Origin: Pelagibacteraceae bacterium | Lineage (GTDB): Bacteria > Pseudomonadota > Alphaproteobacteria > Methylaequorales > Methylaequoraceae | DNA length: 64,000 nucleotides | Direction of reading: 5' to 3' | Assembly: GCA_042090305.1 (NCBI GenBank) | Contig: JBELJQ010000001.1 | Coordinates: 107,967 to 171,966, forward strand | Shown: in pieces, positions 1 to 12,892 of the stretch | Layout of the letters: every line of letters begins with the position of its first letter | Numbering within the stretch: position 1 is the stretch's first letter | The notes under the pieces: generated by a model | Seen by the model: only the letters and a program-made list of their open reading frames with translations | What the model was told of the DNA's origin: nothing | The model's database searches: none | Position numbers and translations under genes: made by a program

Positions 1-126
1 TGTAACTATCCACCAAACCTCATCTAAATTTAATTTAGTTAAAGCTGTTTGGCTTATAAAAACATGTCCATCATGTGGAGGATCAAAAGTTCCACCTAGA
101 ACGCCTATGTAAGTTTTTCTATCCAA
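1..126 (-). CDS. nadD: nicotinate-nucleotide adenylyltransferase, N-terminal fragment (runs off the window)
   Basis: This ORF is too short for the ORF track. The minus-strand translation is [42 protein letters not shown], which contains the GxFDPxHxGH nucleotidyltransferase motif. A TTG start at 124-126 is presumed, directly after the proA stop. Confidence 0.6.
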   Translation of the reverse strand, partial: MDRKTYIGVLGGTFDPPHDGHVFISQTALTKLNLDEVWWIVT

Positions 127-127
127 A

Positions 128-1382
128 TTAACTTCGTATTTGACCGTTTCCTCTAACCTTATACTTATAGCTAGTAAGTTGTGCAACACCAACGGGGCCG
201 CGAGCATGTACCTTGGAAGTGGATATTCCAATTTCAGCACCCATACCAAATTCACCTCCATCTGCAAATTGTGTCGAGGTGTTATGCATTACAATTCCAC
301 TATCAATATTTTTGAGAAAATATTCCGTTGATTTCTCATTTTCTGAAATTATTGCATCTGTATGACCAGAACCATAATTATTGATATGTTCAACAGCTTC
401 TTTAACTCCATTCTTAATTGTTTTTATTGAAATAATTTTGTCTAAATATTCAGTTTCCCAATCTTTTGAATTAGCAATTTTGATTGACTTGTCAAGATCG
501 CACACCTTAGCATCGCCCCTTATTTCACAGTCTGCTTTTTTAAATCTTTCTATGATCATTGGTAGATGACTTTCTATTATTTCTTCATCACAAAGGATTG
601 TTTCAGTAGCACCGCAAATCCCAGGTCTCCTCATTTTTGCATTATATACAATACTACTACTAATTTCTCTATCTGCAGTTTTTTCAAGGTAGGTATGGCA
701 AATACCGTCAAGATGCTTTATGACATGAACTCTACTTTCGTTACTAACTCTCTCAATCAAAGATTTTCCTCCTCTCGGGATTATTACATCAACATATTTA
801 TCCATTTTTAATAAATAACCTACTGCCAATCGATCTGTTGTTGGTATATTTTGAAGAGCACCTGATTTAATGCCAAACTTTTCATAAGATTCCTTAATAA
901 TTTTTACAATAATTGATGATGAGTTGAAGCTTTCAGAACCACCCCGGAGAATTAAAGTATTGCCAGATTTAAGACATAATGCAGCAGCGTCTGCTGCAAC
1001 ATTAGGTCTGGATTCATATATCACACCGATTACACCAAGTGGTACAGAGACTTTTTGAATTTTTAAACCATTTGGCCTATCCCATTCATCCAAAACTTTT
1101 CCAACTGGATCTTCTAACTGAGAAATCTTAATAATTCCTTCACACATTCCACTTATTCTTTTTTCATCAAGAATCAATCTATCTAGAAGAGCTGGTGTTA
1201 ACTTTGATTTATGTTTCTCAACATCTTTTTCATTTTCTTTTAGAATAATATCTTTACTTGCTAGTAGATTTTCAGCTGCAGATTCTAATGCTTCATTTTT
1301 TGTCAAGAAGTTCAGCGAGCCTACTGAGTGAGATGCTTGATTAGCTGACATACCTATATTCAAGACTATCTTTTCTATTGCT

Positions 1383-1390
<8 letters not shown>
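128..1390 (-). CDS. proA: gamma-glutamyl phosphate reductase
   Basis: 420-aa ORF with aldehyde-dehydrogenase-type ProA blocks ([35 protein letters not shown]). It overlaps proB by 8 nt. Confidence 0.92.
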
Positions 1391-3481
<2,091 letters not shown>

Positions 3482-3493
3482 TTAATAAGTAGA

Positions 3494-3751
3494 TTAATTT
3501 TTTTGTTCGACGTTAACAAAGGATTTGCCTGATGCTTTTTTTTGGAAAGAAACTTTGCCCTCTTTTAAGGCGAATATTGTGTGATCTTTGCCAATAGAAA
3601 CATTACTACCTGGATGAAACTTTGTCCCCCTTTGTCTTACAATAATGTTTCCAGGGATGACGAGCTCACCGCCAAATTTCTTGACACCAAGTCTTCTTCC
3701 TGCACTATCTCTTCCATTCCTTGTACTACCGCCAGCTTTCTTATGAGCCAT
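3494..3751 (-). CDS. rpmA: 50S ribosomal protein L27
   Basis: 85 aa with the canonical N-terminus [16 protein letters not shown]. Confidence 0.95.
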   Translation of the reverse strand: MAHKKAGGSTRNGRDSAGRRLGVKKFGGELVIPGNIIVRQRGTKFHPGSNVSIGKDHTIFALKEGKVSFQKKASGKSFVNVEQKN

Positions 3752-4139
3752 TATTTTCTCCTTTAGAGTTTGCTAAATTTTCTTTTACATTACTTTTAGA
3801 AGCAGTTTTGTTTTCTTTTTTATCGCTAAATTTGATATCTTCAATTTTTACTATAGTAAGGTCTTGTCTATGACCAATTTTTCTTCTGTAATTGTGTCTT
3901 CGTTTTTTTTTAAATACTATGATTTTTTTTTCTTTGTCTTGAGCCAAAACTTGTGCATTGACTTCAATACCTTTCACATAAGGAGTTCCGATTATTGATT
4001 CACCTTTTTCATTTTTATGAAAAATTATCTTATCGAATTTTATATTGTCCTTAGCTTTACAATCCAAGATTTTTGGTAGTTTTAGTATATCACCAACTTT
4101 GACTTTGTATTGCTTTCCTCTATCTTCAATAATTACCAT
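3741..4139 (-). CDS. rplU: 50S ribosomal protein L21 with Lys-rich C-terminal tail
   Basis: L21 core sequence ([16 protein letters not shown]...[20 protein letters not shown]). The start is more likely the Met at 4139 than the ORF-track start at 4154. It sits in the conserved rplU-rpmA-obg order. Confidence 0.88.
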   Translation of the reverse strand: MVIIEDRGKQYKVKVGDILKLPKILDCKAKDNIKFDKIIFHKNEKGESIIGTPYVKGIEVNAQVLAQDKEKKIIVFKKKRRHNYRRKIGHRQDLTIVKIEDIKFSDKKENKTASKSNVKENLANSKGENNGS

Positions 4140-4278
4140 GGTTATGTGCTCCAAAATAAATTAGGATAATAGGTTTATACAATGTGATGTATAATAATCA
4201 AGTTTTTTCCAACATATATTTATTAAAATTATTTTATGCTTTATTTTTTTAAAAATTATTCATATAAATATTGTTACT

Positions 4279-5463
4279 ATGAGTGACGTTGTAATTGTAA
4301 ACGCGAAAAGAACTGCGATTGGAAAATTTTTAGGTAGTTTATCAGGATTATCAGCTCCTCAGATTGGTTCATCCGTTATAGATGCCATCTTTGATGAATC
4401 TAAGATTGAAAAATCAATTATAGATGAAGTTATAATGGGACAGGTTTTAACCGGTGGGGGCGGTCAAAACCCTGCTCGTCAAGCTATGATGATGTCCAAT
4501 ATACCTTTCGAGAAAAGTGCATTAACAGTAAATCAAGTTTGTGGCTCTGGATTAAGAGCTATCTCAATTGCAGCTCAATCAATTCTAACCGAACAATCTC
4601 AAGTTATAATAGCAGGTGGTCAGGAAAGTATGAGTAATTCACACCACACTGCTAACCTTAGAAATGGTATTAAAATGGGCGATGGACAAATAAAGGATAG
4701 TATGATTATTGATGGTTTATGGTGTGCAATGAATAACTATCACATGGGAACAACGGCTGAAAATATAGCTGAAAAATTTGGTATCAGTAAAGATGAACAA
4801 GATACTTTTGCAGTAGAATCTCAAAATAAAGCAGAAAATGCTCAGAAAGAGGGTCACTTTAAAAAAGAAATTTGTCCAATAAAAATTAAAGTTAAAAAGG
4901 ATGAAATAGATTTCGATACAGACGAATTTCCCAGACACGGTTCCACGTTTGAAAAAATAAATTCATTAAAATCTGTTTTTAAAAAAGATGGAACTGTTTC
5001 AGCTGGGAATGCTTCAGGACTTAATGACGGAGCAGCTGCAGTATTATTAATGAAAGAATCAAAAGCTAAAGAACTAAATCTTAACCCAATGGCAAGAATT
5101 GTATCTTGGTCAACTGTCGGGGTGGATCCAGCGATAATGGGAATTGGACCAGTTCCAGCTGTAAAAAAAGCATTATCTGAAGCAAAATGGGATATTAATG
5201 ATTTAGACTTAATAGAGGCAAATGAAGCGTTTGCTGCGCAATCAATTGCTGTATCAAGAGAGCTAAAATTTCAAATGGACAAAGTAAATGTTAACGGTGG
5301 AGCAATTGCATTAGGGCACCCAATAGGTGCTTCTGGCACAAGAGTTCTGGTTACTCTTATTCATGAGCTAATAAGACAAAATAAAAATAAAGGAATTGCA
5401 ACTCTATGCATAGGTGGTGGGCAAGGTGTTGCAATGTGTGTCGAAAGGATTGAAAATGAGTAA
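4279..5463 (+). CDS. phaA: acetyl-CoA C-acetyltransferase (thiolase II)
   Basis: 394 aa with the active-site Cys region VNQVCGSGLRA and C-terminal NGGAIALGHPIGASG and CIGGGQG. Confidence 0.92.
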   Translation: MSDVVIVNAKRTAIGKFLGSLSGLSAPQIGSSVIDAIFDESKIEKSIIDEVIMGQVLTGGGGQNPARQAMMMSNIPFEKSALTVNQVCGSGLRAISIAAQSILTEQSQVIIAGGQESMSNSHHTANLRNGIKMGDGQIKDSMIIDGLWCAMNNYHMGTTAENIAEKFGISKDEQDTFAVESQNKAENAQKEGHFKKEICPIKIKVKKDEIDFDTDEFPRHGSTFEKINSLKSVFKKDGTVSAGNASGLNDGAAAVLLMKESKAKELNLNPMARIVSWSTVGVDPAIMGIGPVPAVKKALSEAKWDINDLDLIEANEAFAAQSIAVSRELKFQMDKVNVNGGAIALGHPIGASGTRVLVTLIHELIRQNKNKGIATLCIGGGQGVAMCVERIENE

Positions 5464-6178
5464 AGTTGCTTTGGTCACGGGTGGAACGAGAGGTATAGGT
5501 TCTGCAATCTCAACTAAACTAAAAGACTCAGGTTATAAAGTAATAGCAAATTATGCCAGTAATGATGAGTCTGCTAAAAAATTTTCTGAATCAGAGAATA
5601 TTGATGTAATGAAATGGGATGTTAGTAACTTCGAAGATTGTACTAAGGCGATAAATGAAATTTATGAAAAATTTTCTAATATTGATATCTTAGTCAATAA
5701 TGCTGGCATAACTAGAGATGCGCCTCTTCATAAAATGAGTCTCGAGAATTGGGAAAAAGTTATTAGTGTAAATCTAAGTTCGGTTTTCAACCTTACTTCG
5801 TTAACAATAAATAAGATGAGAGATAATGGATTTGGCAGAATCATAAATATTTCATCGGTGAATGGTCAAAAGGGGCAATTTGGTCAGACTAACTATGCAG
5901 CGAGCAAATCAGCGTTAATTGGTTTTTCTAAATCTCTTGCACTAGAATCTGCATCAAAAGGAATAACTTCAAATGTAATTTGTCCAGGTTATATAAATAC
6001 TGAAATGGTTGCGGCAATTAGAGAAGATATTTTAAAAGGAATTATTGATACAATCCCATCAAAAAGACTTGGAGAATCAAAAGAAATAGCCGAAATGGTC
6101 GATTATCTAATATCAGAGAAGGCAAGCTATATTAATGGTGCAACTTTTTCAATAAATGGAGGTCTATGGATGGATTAA
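5456..6178 (+). CDS. phaB: acetoacetyl-CoA reductase (SDR)
   Basis: Contains VALVTGGTRGIG, NNAGI and YAASK motifs. The likely start is the ATG at 5456 (MSKVALV), which overlaps the phaA stop. It lies next to the thiolase gene. Confidence 0.85.
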   Translation: MSKVALVTGGTRGIGSAISTKLKDSGYKVIANYASNDESAKKFSESENIDVMKWDVSNFEDCTKAINEIYEKFSNIDILVNNAGITRDAPLHKMSLENWEKVISVNLSSVFNLTSLTINKMRDNGFGRIINISSVNGQKGQFGQTNYAASKSALIGFSKSLALESASKGITSNVICPGYINTEMVAAIREDILKGIIDTIPSKRLGESKEIAEMVDYLISEKASYINGATFSINGGLWMD

Positions 6179-6939
6179 AATTCATCCTTCATTCTTCTTA
6201 TTGTTCCAAAATTCTCCTCATTAGAACTAAACTTCAGTCCTATAGATTCAACAAATTGTTTATCATCGTATTTTAAAAAAGGATTAAATCTTTTCTCGTC
6301 AAATAATAATGAAGGAATTGTTGGGATAGATTTTAATCTTTTTTTCTTAATTTCATTTATTTTTTTAGATAATAACTTGTCATCAGGACTCAAATATGCT
6401 GCAAATTTTGAATTAGCCTCAGTATACTCATGAGCACAATAAATTTTAGTTCTTTCTGGTAGGGACTTTATTTTATTAAGAGAGCTAACCATTTGTCTCG
6501 CACTTCCTTCAAAAAGTTTTCCACACCCCAGAGAGAATAAAGTATCTCCACAAAATAAAACTAAATCTTCTGAAAAGTAAAAACTAATATGACCTTTTGT
6601 ATGACCAGACACCTCAAGAACTTTAAAAGAAGATTCTCCAATATTCATTGTATCACCCTCTGTCATTAAAATATCAATACCAGGAATTCTTGATGCATCA
6701 TATTTATTACCAATAATTTTGCATCTATACTTTTCTTTAAGTTCAAGGTTACCTCCCACGTGATCAAAATGATGGTGAGTATTTAAAATAAAATCTAACG
6801 ATAAGTTTTCTTTTTCAAGAAAGTCAATTACATTTATAGATATAGCGGGGTCTATACAAGCAGTTTTTTTTGTTGATTCGTCTACAGCTATATATATGTA
6901 ATTATCATTTAAAACTGGGATTTGTTTGATCGAAATCAT
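6175..6939 (-). CDS. gloB: hydroxyacylglutathione hydrolase (glyoxalase II)
   Basis: 254 aa with the metallo-beta-lactamase motif THHHFDHVGG and GloB-like length and C-terminus. Confidence 0.88.
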   Translation of the reverse strand: MISIKQIPVLNDNYIYIAVDESTKKTACIDPAISINVIDFLEKENLSLDFILNTHHHFDHVGGNLELKEKYRCKIIGNKYDASRIPGIDILMTEGDTMNIGESSFKVLEVSGHTKGHISFYFSEDLVLFCGDTLFSLGCGKLFEGSARQMVSSLNKIKSLPERTKIYCAHEYTEANSKFAAYLSPDDKLLSKKINEIKKKRLKSIPTIPSLLFDEKRFNPFLKYDDKQFVESIGLKFSSNEENFGTIRRMKDEF

Positions 6940-6960
6940 TTAATTAACATACAATTAAAT

Positions 6961-7557
6961 TTATTTTTTAGAAACACAAAAAATTACTTGATAAGATCTT
7001 ATATTTGATAGGATTTTTTTAATTTCTTTTCCTTCCTGATTTAAGCAAATATAACTATTAATTGAAATTTTTTTTTTATAACAATAATTAACGAAGTCTT
7101 GGAATGAACAAAGATGAATATTTGGAGTATTATACCAATCGTAAGGTAGAACATCATTTTTTGGCATTAACCCTGAAAGAAGTAATTGTTTTCGAACCTT
7201 CCAGTAACCAAAATTTGGAAAGGAAATAATTGCCCTTCTCGCAATCCTAATTAAATTATCAATAACTTTATCAGGATAGATCATAGCCTGAATGGTTTGA
7301 CTAAGAATTACCGTAGAAAATGACTTATTTGGATAATCATTTAAATCATAATTTGCATCACCCTGAATAACTGATAATCCTTTTTTAACACATTTGTTCA
7401 CTCCGGCTTGACTCAATTCAATTCCTCTACATTCAACACCTTTATCTTTTGACAAATAATCTAGAAGTTTTCCGTCACCACAACCTACATCAAGTACTTT
7501 CTCGTTGTTACTGATAAGCTGAGAAATAATATATAAATCTTTCCTTAAATTATTCAT
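6961..7557 (-). CDS. metW: methionine biosynthesis protein MetW
   Basis: 198 aa with VLDVGCGDGKLL. It overlaps metX by 4 nt in the usual metX-metW arrangement. Confidence 0.88.
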   Translation of the reverse strand: MNNLRKDLYIISQLISNNEKVLDVGCGDGKLLDYLSKDKGVECRGIELSQAGVNKCVKKGLSVIQGDANYDLNDYPNKSFSTVILSQTIQAMIYPDKVIDNLIRIARRAIISFPNFGYWKVRKQLLLSGLMPKNDVLPYDWYNTPNIHLCSFQDFVNYCYKKKISINSYICLNQEGKEIKKILSNIRSYQVIFCVSKK

Positions 7558-8711
7558 ATTTTCTGTTGCACTATTTGTCCCTCTATAAAACCTTTCAAGA
7601 CTTCGTGAAATTCTGGTTCATCCAATAGAAAAGCATCATGACCCTTATCACTATTTATTTCTACAAAACTTACTTTTGCATTGGAAGTATTTAGTGATTT
7701 AATAATAGTTTTTGTTTCTGAAGTTGGAAAAAGCCAGTCTGAAGTAAAGGAAAAGAAACAAAAAGAATAATCTGTATTTTTAAAAGCATAAGTAAGACCT
7801 TTTCTGTTTGAGGACAAATCAAAATAATCCATAGCTTTTGTTATATATAAATAACTATTTGCATCAAATCTCTCAACAAATGTACTTCCCTGATGCTTTA
7901 AATAACTTTCAATCTGAAAGTCAGTAATAAAATTAAAAGAAAAGTTTTTACTATTCTGTAAGTTTCTCCCAAACTTCCTTTGCAAAGTTGATTCTGATAA
8001 GTATGTAATATGAGCAATCATTCTTGCAACAGCTAAACCTCTCTTGGGCTTCAATTTATTATTATAATAATTACCTTTTTTCCAATTTGTATCTGCCATA
8101 ATTGCTTGTCTTCCAATTTCGTGAAATGCAATATTTTGGGCAGAGTGTCTATACGACGTGGCTATAGGTATTACTGAATTTATTCTTTTTCCAAACGAAG
8201 ACGCCCACTCTAAGGTTTGCATTCCACCCATCGATCCTCCTATTACAGAAAATAGCTTATCTATTCCTAGTGAATCAACTAACTTTACTTGCAGTTTCAC
8301 CATATCAGTTACTGTAATTACAGGAAACTTTAGTCCGTATTTTTTTCTTTCTCCAGGAATAGTTGAAGAAGGCCCAGTACTCCCCATGCAACCTCCTAAT
8401 ACATTACTACAAATTACAAAGAAAAAGTTTGTATCTATTACTTTGCCAGGGCCAATGAGAACATCCCACCATCCCCTTTTTTTTGTAAGTGGGTTGATAC
8501 CGGAGCAAAATTGGTCGCCTGTTAGAGCATGACATATTAATATAGCATTTGTTCTGTTTTTATTTAGCCTTCCATAAGTCTCGAACGCAATTTCACACGA
8601 ATCTATAAATTTTCCAGATTTTAATCTAAATGACTCATCATATTTAATTTTTTGTGTTTTAAAATTATACTTCATTGAATTTTTTTTTATAATTGACTTA
8701 ACTCGCATCAT
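7554..8711 (-). CDS. metX: homoserine O-acyltransferase (MetX family)
   Basis: 385-aa alpha/beta hydrolase with the nucleophile elbow GGSMGGMQ and MetX-like blocks (AILICHALTGD, VARMIAHITY). The exact start is uncertain. Confidence 0.9.
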   Translation of the reverse strand: MMRVKSIIKKNSMKYNFKTQKIKYDESFRLKSGKFIDSCEIAFETYGRLNKNRTNAILICHALTGDQFCSGINPLTKKRGWWDVLIGPGKVIDTNFFFVICSNVLGGCMGSTGPSSTIPGERKKYGLKFPVITVTDMVKLQVKLVDSLGIDKLFSVIGGSMGGMQTLEWASSFGKRINSVIPIATSYRHSAQNIAFHEIGRQAIMADTNWKKGNYYNNKLKPKRGLAVARMIAHITYLSESTLQRKFGRNLQNSKNFSFNFITDFQIESYLKHQGSTFVERFDANSYLYITKAMDYFDLSSNRKGLTYAFKNTDYSFCFFSFTSDWLFPTSETKTIIKSLNTSNAKVSFVEINSDKGHDAFLLDEPEFHEVLKGFIEGQIVQQKI

Positions 8712-8757
8712 AGCTATGTTGACAAAGTAGTCAAAATAATTTTATTTGTTACACACT

Positions 8758-9876
8758 ATGACTAAGTTCAATATAAAAAAACTCGTAAAACCTACAATAA
8801 ATAAAATTGCGAAGTATATTCCTGGTGAAGCAAAAGATAATGAAGGTGAAAAATATATAAAATTATCGTCAAATGAATCGCCTTTTAAAATACCAGAGAG
8901 AATCTTTTCCTCTTTAAATAAAATTATTCTTAATTCTAATGTTTATCCCGATGGAGATTCACAGAAACTAAAGGATTCTATTGCTAGAAGGTTTAAGTTA
9001 AAAAAAAAACAAATAATCTGTGGTAATGGGTCAGATGATATTTTATCAATAATTTGTCAAGCTTTCTCAAAGGAGGGATCCGAAGTAATTTGTAGTGAAT
9101 TTGGTTTTATATATTATCCAATCATAGCAAAGGCAGCAGGTTGTAAGGTGATTACGGCCAAAACTAAAAATTTATCGATTAGTTGCGATAATATTCTTAA
9201 AAAAATTACATCAAAAACTAGGATAATATTTATCGCCAACCCAAACAACCCGACTGGAACTATAATATTAAAGAATGAACTGACCAGATTTTTAAATAAT
9301 GTCCCAAAAAATATAATTGTAGTTCTTGATGGCGCTTATTCCGAGTTTATAGATGACAAAACTTACTGTGATGGTACTAAGTTAGTGAGCAAATATAAAA
9401 ATTTAATTATCACAAGAACTTTCTCTAAGATTTTCGCACTTGCTGGATTAAGACTAGGTTGGGGATACTCAAATGCGGAAATAATTCAATTACTTGAAAA
9501 GATTAGAGGCCCTTTTAATGTCAACAGTATTGCCCAATATATAGGGTGTAAAATCCTTGAAGAAAAATCCTTTTTAAATAATGCTAGAGAACATAATAAA
9601 AAGTGGTTGAAAATCTTACCAATAGAAATCAAAAAGATTGGTCTAGATACAACTAAATCTTTCACAAATTTTATTTTAATCAAAGTAGATCCAAAAAAGT
9701 ATTCCAAAAAGAATATTCTTTTATATTTAAAAAATAACAACATATTAGTAAGAGATTTAGATAGTTATAACCTAAAAAATTATTTTAGAGTTTCTATAGG
9801 AAATGACTACGAAATGAAAAAGTTTCTAAGGATTCTAAAATTATCTGTAAATAAAAACAATGAAAAAAAAGTTTGA
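8758..9876 (+). CDS. hisC: histidinol-phosphate aminotransferase
   Basis: Contains LSSNESPF, and RTFSKIFALAGLRLGWG with the PLP lysine. The ATG at 8758 is preferred over the non-ATG ORF-track start. Confidence 0.88.
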   Translation: MTKFNIKKLVKPTINKIAKYIPGEAKDNEGEKYIKLSSNESPFKIPERIFSSLNKIILNSNVYPDGDSQKLKDSIARRFKLKKKQIICGNGSDDILSIICQAFSKEGSEVICSEFGFIYYPIIAKAAGCKVITAKTKNLSISCDNILKKITSKTRIIFIANPNNPTGTIILKNELTRFLNNVPKNIIVVLDGAYSEFIDDKTYCDGTKLVSKYKNLIITRTFSKIFALAGLRLGWGYSNAEIIQLLEKIRGPFNVNSIAQYIGCKILEEKSFLNNAREHNKKWLKILPIEIKKIGLDTTKSFTNFILIKVDPKKYSKKNILLYLKNNNILVRDLDSYNLKNYFRVSIGNDYEMKKFLRILKLSVNKNNEKKV

Positions 9877-10744
9877 AGAAATTACTATAATTGGTCCTGG
9901 GCTAATTGGTGGATCAATTGGACTAAATTTTAAACAAAAAAAACTTGCCGAAAGAATAATTGGTATTGATACCTCCAAGCACAACCTTATTGATGCTTTA
10001 GAAAGGGGAGTTATTGATGATTATAAACTAAAAATTGATGATACCATCTCAAAGAGTGAAATTATTTTTATTTGTACACCAGTAAGTTCAATAAATAATA
10101 TTTTAGATAAAATTGTACCATTTATTAGTAAGAAAAATATTGTTACTGATACTGGTTCGGTAAAAAATATTTTTAAAAAAGCAACTATCAAAAGAATTAA
10201 TGAAGTTTCAAACTTTTTGCCAGGGCACCCTGTTGCTGGAACCGAACACTCAGGTGCTAAAAATTCCTTGATAAATCTATTTGATGGTAAGTGGTGTATT
10301 CTTACTCCACTCAATCAAAATAAATCGGCTAGGAAAATTATCTCTGATATTTGGAAATCCTTGGGAATGAAGATAGCCATAATGACAACCGATGAACATG
10401 ATAAAATAATGTCAATAACATCCCACCTTCCGCATCTAATTGCTTTTACAATAGTCAATACAGCTTTTGAATTAGATATTAAAAAAAAAAAAGAGTTAAT
10501 AAACTTTTCAGCCGGAGGTTTTCGTGACTTTACAAGAATTGGCTCCTCCGATTCCAACATGTGGTCAGATATATTTATGGAAAATAAAAAATATATCATA
10601 AGTACGCTTGATAATTTTATTCATGATCTTCAAAAATTTAGAGAGTTAATAAAGAATAATGAGAAAGAAGAAATATTTGAAATATTAAAGAGAACAAAGA
10701 TTATTAGAAAAAGTATAATTAAGGCTGATGACTTAAAGAAGTGA
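9860..10744 (+). CDS. tyrC: prephenate/arogenate (cyclohexadienyl) dehydrogenase
   Basis: 294 aa with the Rossmann motif IIGPGLIGGSIG and the catalytic block GHPVAGTEHSG. The hisC-tyrC pairing is common in alphaproteobacteria. Confidence 0.85.
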   Translation: MKKKFEEITIIGPGLIGGSIGLNFKQKKLAERIIGIDTSKHNLIDALERGVIDDYKLKIDDTISKSEIIFICTPVSSINNILDKIVPFISKKNIVTDTGSVKNIFKKATIKRINEVSNFLPGHPVAGTEHSGAKNSLINLFDGKWCILTPLNQNKSARKIISDIWKSLGMKIAIMTTDEHDKIMSITSHLPHLIAFTIVNTAFELDIKKKKELINFSAGGFRDFTRIGSSDSNMWSDIFMENKKYIISTLDNFIHDLQKFRELIKNNEKEEIFEILKRTKIIRKSIIKADDLKK

Positions 10745-11431
10745 TTGCTCAAATTTTTTTTCAATTATATCTAGCATTTTGTCTTTATTTTTATTGTTTT
10801 TTATAACTGGGTGAATCACAACCTTGATTTTGCCTTTTACTTTTGAGAATTTTTTATTCAACCAAAATGTTCCAGAATTATGTACAATCGGCAATATAGG
10901 AACTCCTGTCATTTTGTGAATCGCAAAAAAACCGGAATTTATTTTAACTTTATCATTTGGATTAATTCGCGTTCCTTGCGGAAAAATAATGAATTTTGAT
11001 TTTCCTTGTTTAATTAAGCTTGTAACAGATTTTGTGATTTTACGTATTGAGTTTATACCCTCATCTCTTTTTATAAAAATAAATCCAAGTCTCTTAAAGT
11101 ATCCAGAAAAGATTGGAATATTTTTTAATTCGTCTTTTAATACAAATACGGAACCTCTGAATAAGGCAGTAAAAAAAAAGGTTTCCCATGCAGATTGATG
11201 GTTACTTGTAATTAGAAAATTTCCTTTATCAGGTATATTTTCTTTACCTATAATTTCATAATCAATTTGAAGAATCTTTTTACAAATATATACAACAGAT
11301 CTACTCCAGAAATTTGACAATGAAATTATAAAATTATCACTAAAAAATCTTACCTGAGAGAAAAAAATAAAGAAACAAGAAGTCCAAAAGTAAAAAACTA
11401 TATAAAAGAATAATGATCGCAGAAAACTCAT
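10733..11431 (-). CDS. plsC: 1-acyl-sn-glycerol-3-phosphate acyltransferase family
   Basis: 232 aa with an N-terminal TM segment, the acyltransferase motifs SNHQSAWET and FPQGTR. Confidence 0.82.
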   Translation of the reverse strand: MSFLRSLFFYIVFYFWTSCFFIFFSQVRFFSDNFIISLSNFWSRSVVYICKKILQIDYEIIGKENIPDKGNFLITSNHQSAWETFFFTALFRGSVFVLKDELKNIPIFSGYFKRLGFIFIKRDEGINSIRKITKSVTSLIKQGKSKFIIFPQGTRINPNDKVKINSGFFAIHKMTGVPILPIVHNSGTFWLNKKFSKVKGKIKVVIHPVIKNNKNKDKMLDIIEKKFEQSLL

Positions 11432-12021
11432 AATAGTACAAGTGTGTAAAATACTTTGAAGAATTCTGAAAAGATTAGTTTTATGTGAAAAAATATTTCC
11501 TTATTCACTTTAAGGCTATTTTCAGAAACAACTATAATTATATTCTCATTTGGGAAAAATTTTTTAAAAATTAAAAAACTTCTAGGCAAATGATAATATG
11601 AGGTTACCAAGAGAATTGAATTGAATGAATCTCCCTTTTTTTTTATCCATAACTTCACTTGCTCGGCGTTTTCTATTGTATTTCTTGCTTTATCCTCAAA
11701 AAATATACAGCACTTATTTAGTTCTGGATATTCCGTGATATTATATTTATTCTTAATATTTCTTTCTTCAAAAACCCCGGATATCAGAAGAAATCTCCCT
11801 TTATTATCCTTGAGAAGCTGAAGACCCTTATCAATGCGACCTTTTCCTCCAGTTAGTACTACTATTAAAGAACTGTTGTCAGTGTGGTTTTTGATGCTGT
11901 AATTATTATTTTTAGAAAAGACCATTGATAGTAGTATCAACCATAAAAGGAATATACTAAGAAATATGGTTACAAGGTAAGTAATAAGTTTGTTAAATTT
12001 TATCAAAGAATCTTTTCTCAA
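11428..12021 (-). CDS. DUF218 (YdcF/ElyC-like) protein
   Basis: 197 aa with an N-terminal TM segment and the blocks VVLTGGKGRI, LLISGV, NTIENA and LLVTSYYHLPRS. Confidence 0.75.
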   Translation of the reverse strand: MRKDSLIKFNKLITYLVTIFLSIFLLWLILLSMVFSKNNNYSIKNHTDNSSLIVVLTGGKGRIDKGLQLLKDNKGRFLLISGVFEERNIKNKYNITEYPELNKCCIFFEDKARNTIENAEQVKLWIKKKGDSFNSILLVTSYYHLPRSFLIFKKFFPNENIIIVVSENSLKVNKEIFFHIKLIFSEFFKVFYTLVLL

Positions 12022-12892
12022 AAAAATAAAATAAATATAACATTAAAAATATTAACAATATTAGTAACAATATGAAAATGAAAATAACTAGAAGAATTAA
12101 TGTCTTCATCGTCTGTTCTAAATAAATACTTTCATTCATGAAATAAAAGTTTGCACCAAACATTTTTATAAGAAATGAAGTTATAAATGATACAAAAATT
12201 ACACTTAAAATGGTACCTGGAATAACTTTTTTCAAAATACTTAGTGATATATTTTTGGATAATTCAAAACTATCCTCTCCCATTATCTGTATCATTTCTA
12301 AAAACTTATAATTACCAAGGAGAGCGGCTTTTGTAATATTCAATACAAGAAAAGAAAAAAGAATACTCATAATTAGAAACATAAAAAATATTATTAATTT
12401 TATTCTTTTGAACATGGAGGTCACTTCAAATAATTGGTCCTTATGTGAGTATTTCTCTATCATTCTATTTTCTGATAATTCTAAAATTGATGAATAAACT
12501 TTATCAACTAAGTTCTCATCGGAAGTTTCAATTAAAAAAACGAATGGCATTGATAAACCAAAAGTATCATCGATATTCTTTATGCCTAAGCTTTCCTCAA
12601 TAAGCGAATCTGTTACAATATTGTAAACTAAGTAATTACTCTGATTTTCAAGATATTGTTCTATTTTAGTAATAATTTGGTCTGGAATTACTTTTTCATT
12701 TGCATTATTCGATAGGATAAAAGTAGTTTTTTGAGATTCATTTTTTATCCATTCATTTGAAAATTTATAAAAATTAAAATAAACAGCTACGTTTATTATT
12801 ATCAAGCTTATAATAATAAATGAAATACCATGAAAGTACTTATTATCATTATCTAATATTGTTCTTTTAATAAGGTTTTGAAATTTAATCAT
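11993..12892 (-). CDS. ftsX: cell-division ABC permease-like protein FtsX
   Basis: 299 aa with one N-terminal TM segment, a periplasmic domain and three C-terminal TM segments. It overlaps the ftsE-like gene by 4 nt. Confidence 0.75.
   Translation of the reverse strand: MIKFQNLIKRTILDNDNKYFHGISFIIISLIIINVAVYFNFYKFSNEWIKNESQKTTFILSNNANEKVIPDQIITKIEQYLENQSNYLVYNIVTDSLIEESLGIKNIDDTFGLSMPFVFLIETSDENLVDKVYSSILELSENRMIEKYSHKDQLFEVTSMFKRIKLIIFFMFLIMSILFSFLVLNITKAALLGNYKFLEMIQIMGEDSFELSKNISLSILKKVIPGTILSVIFVSFITSFLIKMFGANFYFMNESIYLEQTMKTLILLVIFIFILLLILLIFLMLYLFYFFEKRFFDKI

Noticed and set aside
3741-3850. Lys/Asn-rich C-terminal tail of L21 as a novel domain
   Set aside because: Low-complexity basic extensions on ribosomal proteins are common in AT-rich genomes, and nothing here points to a separate function.
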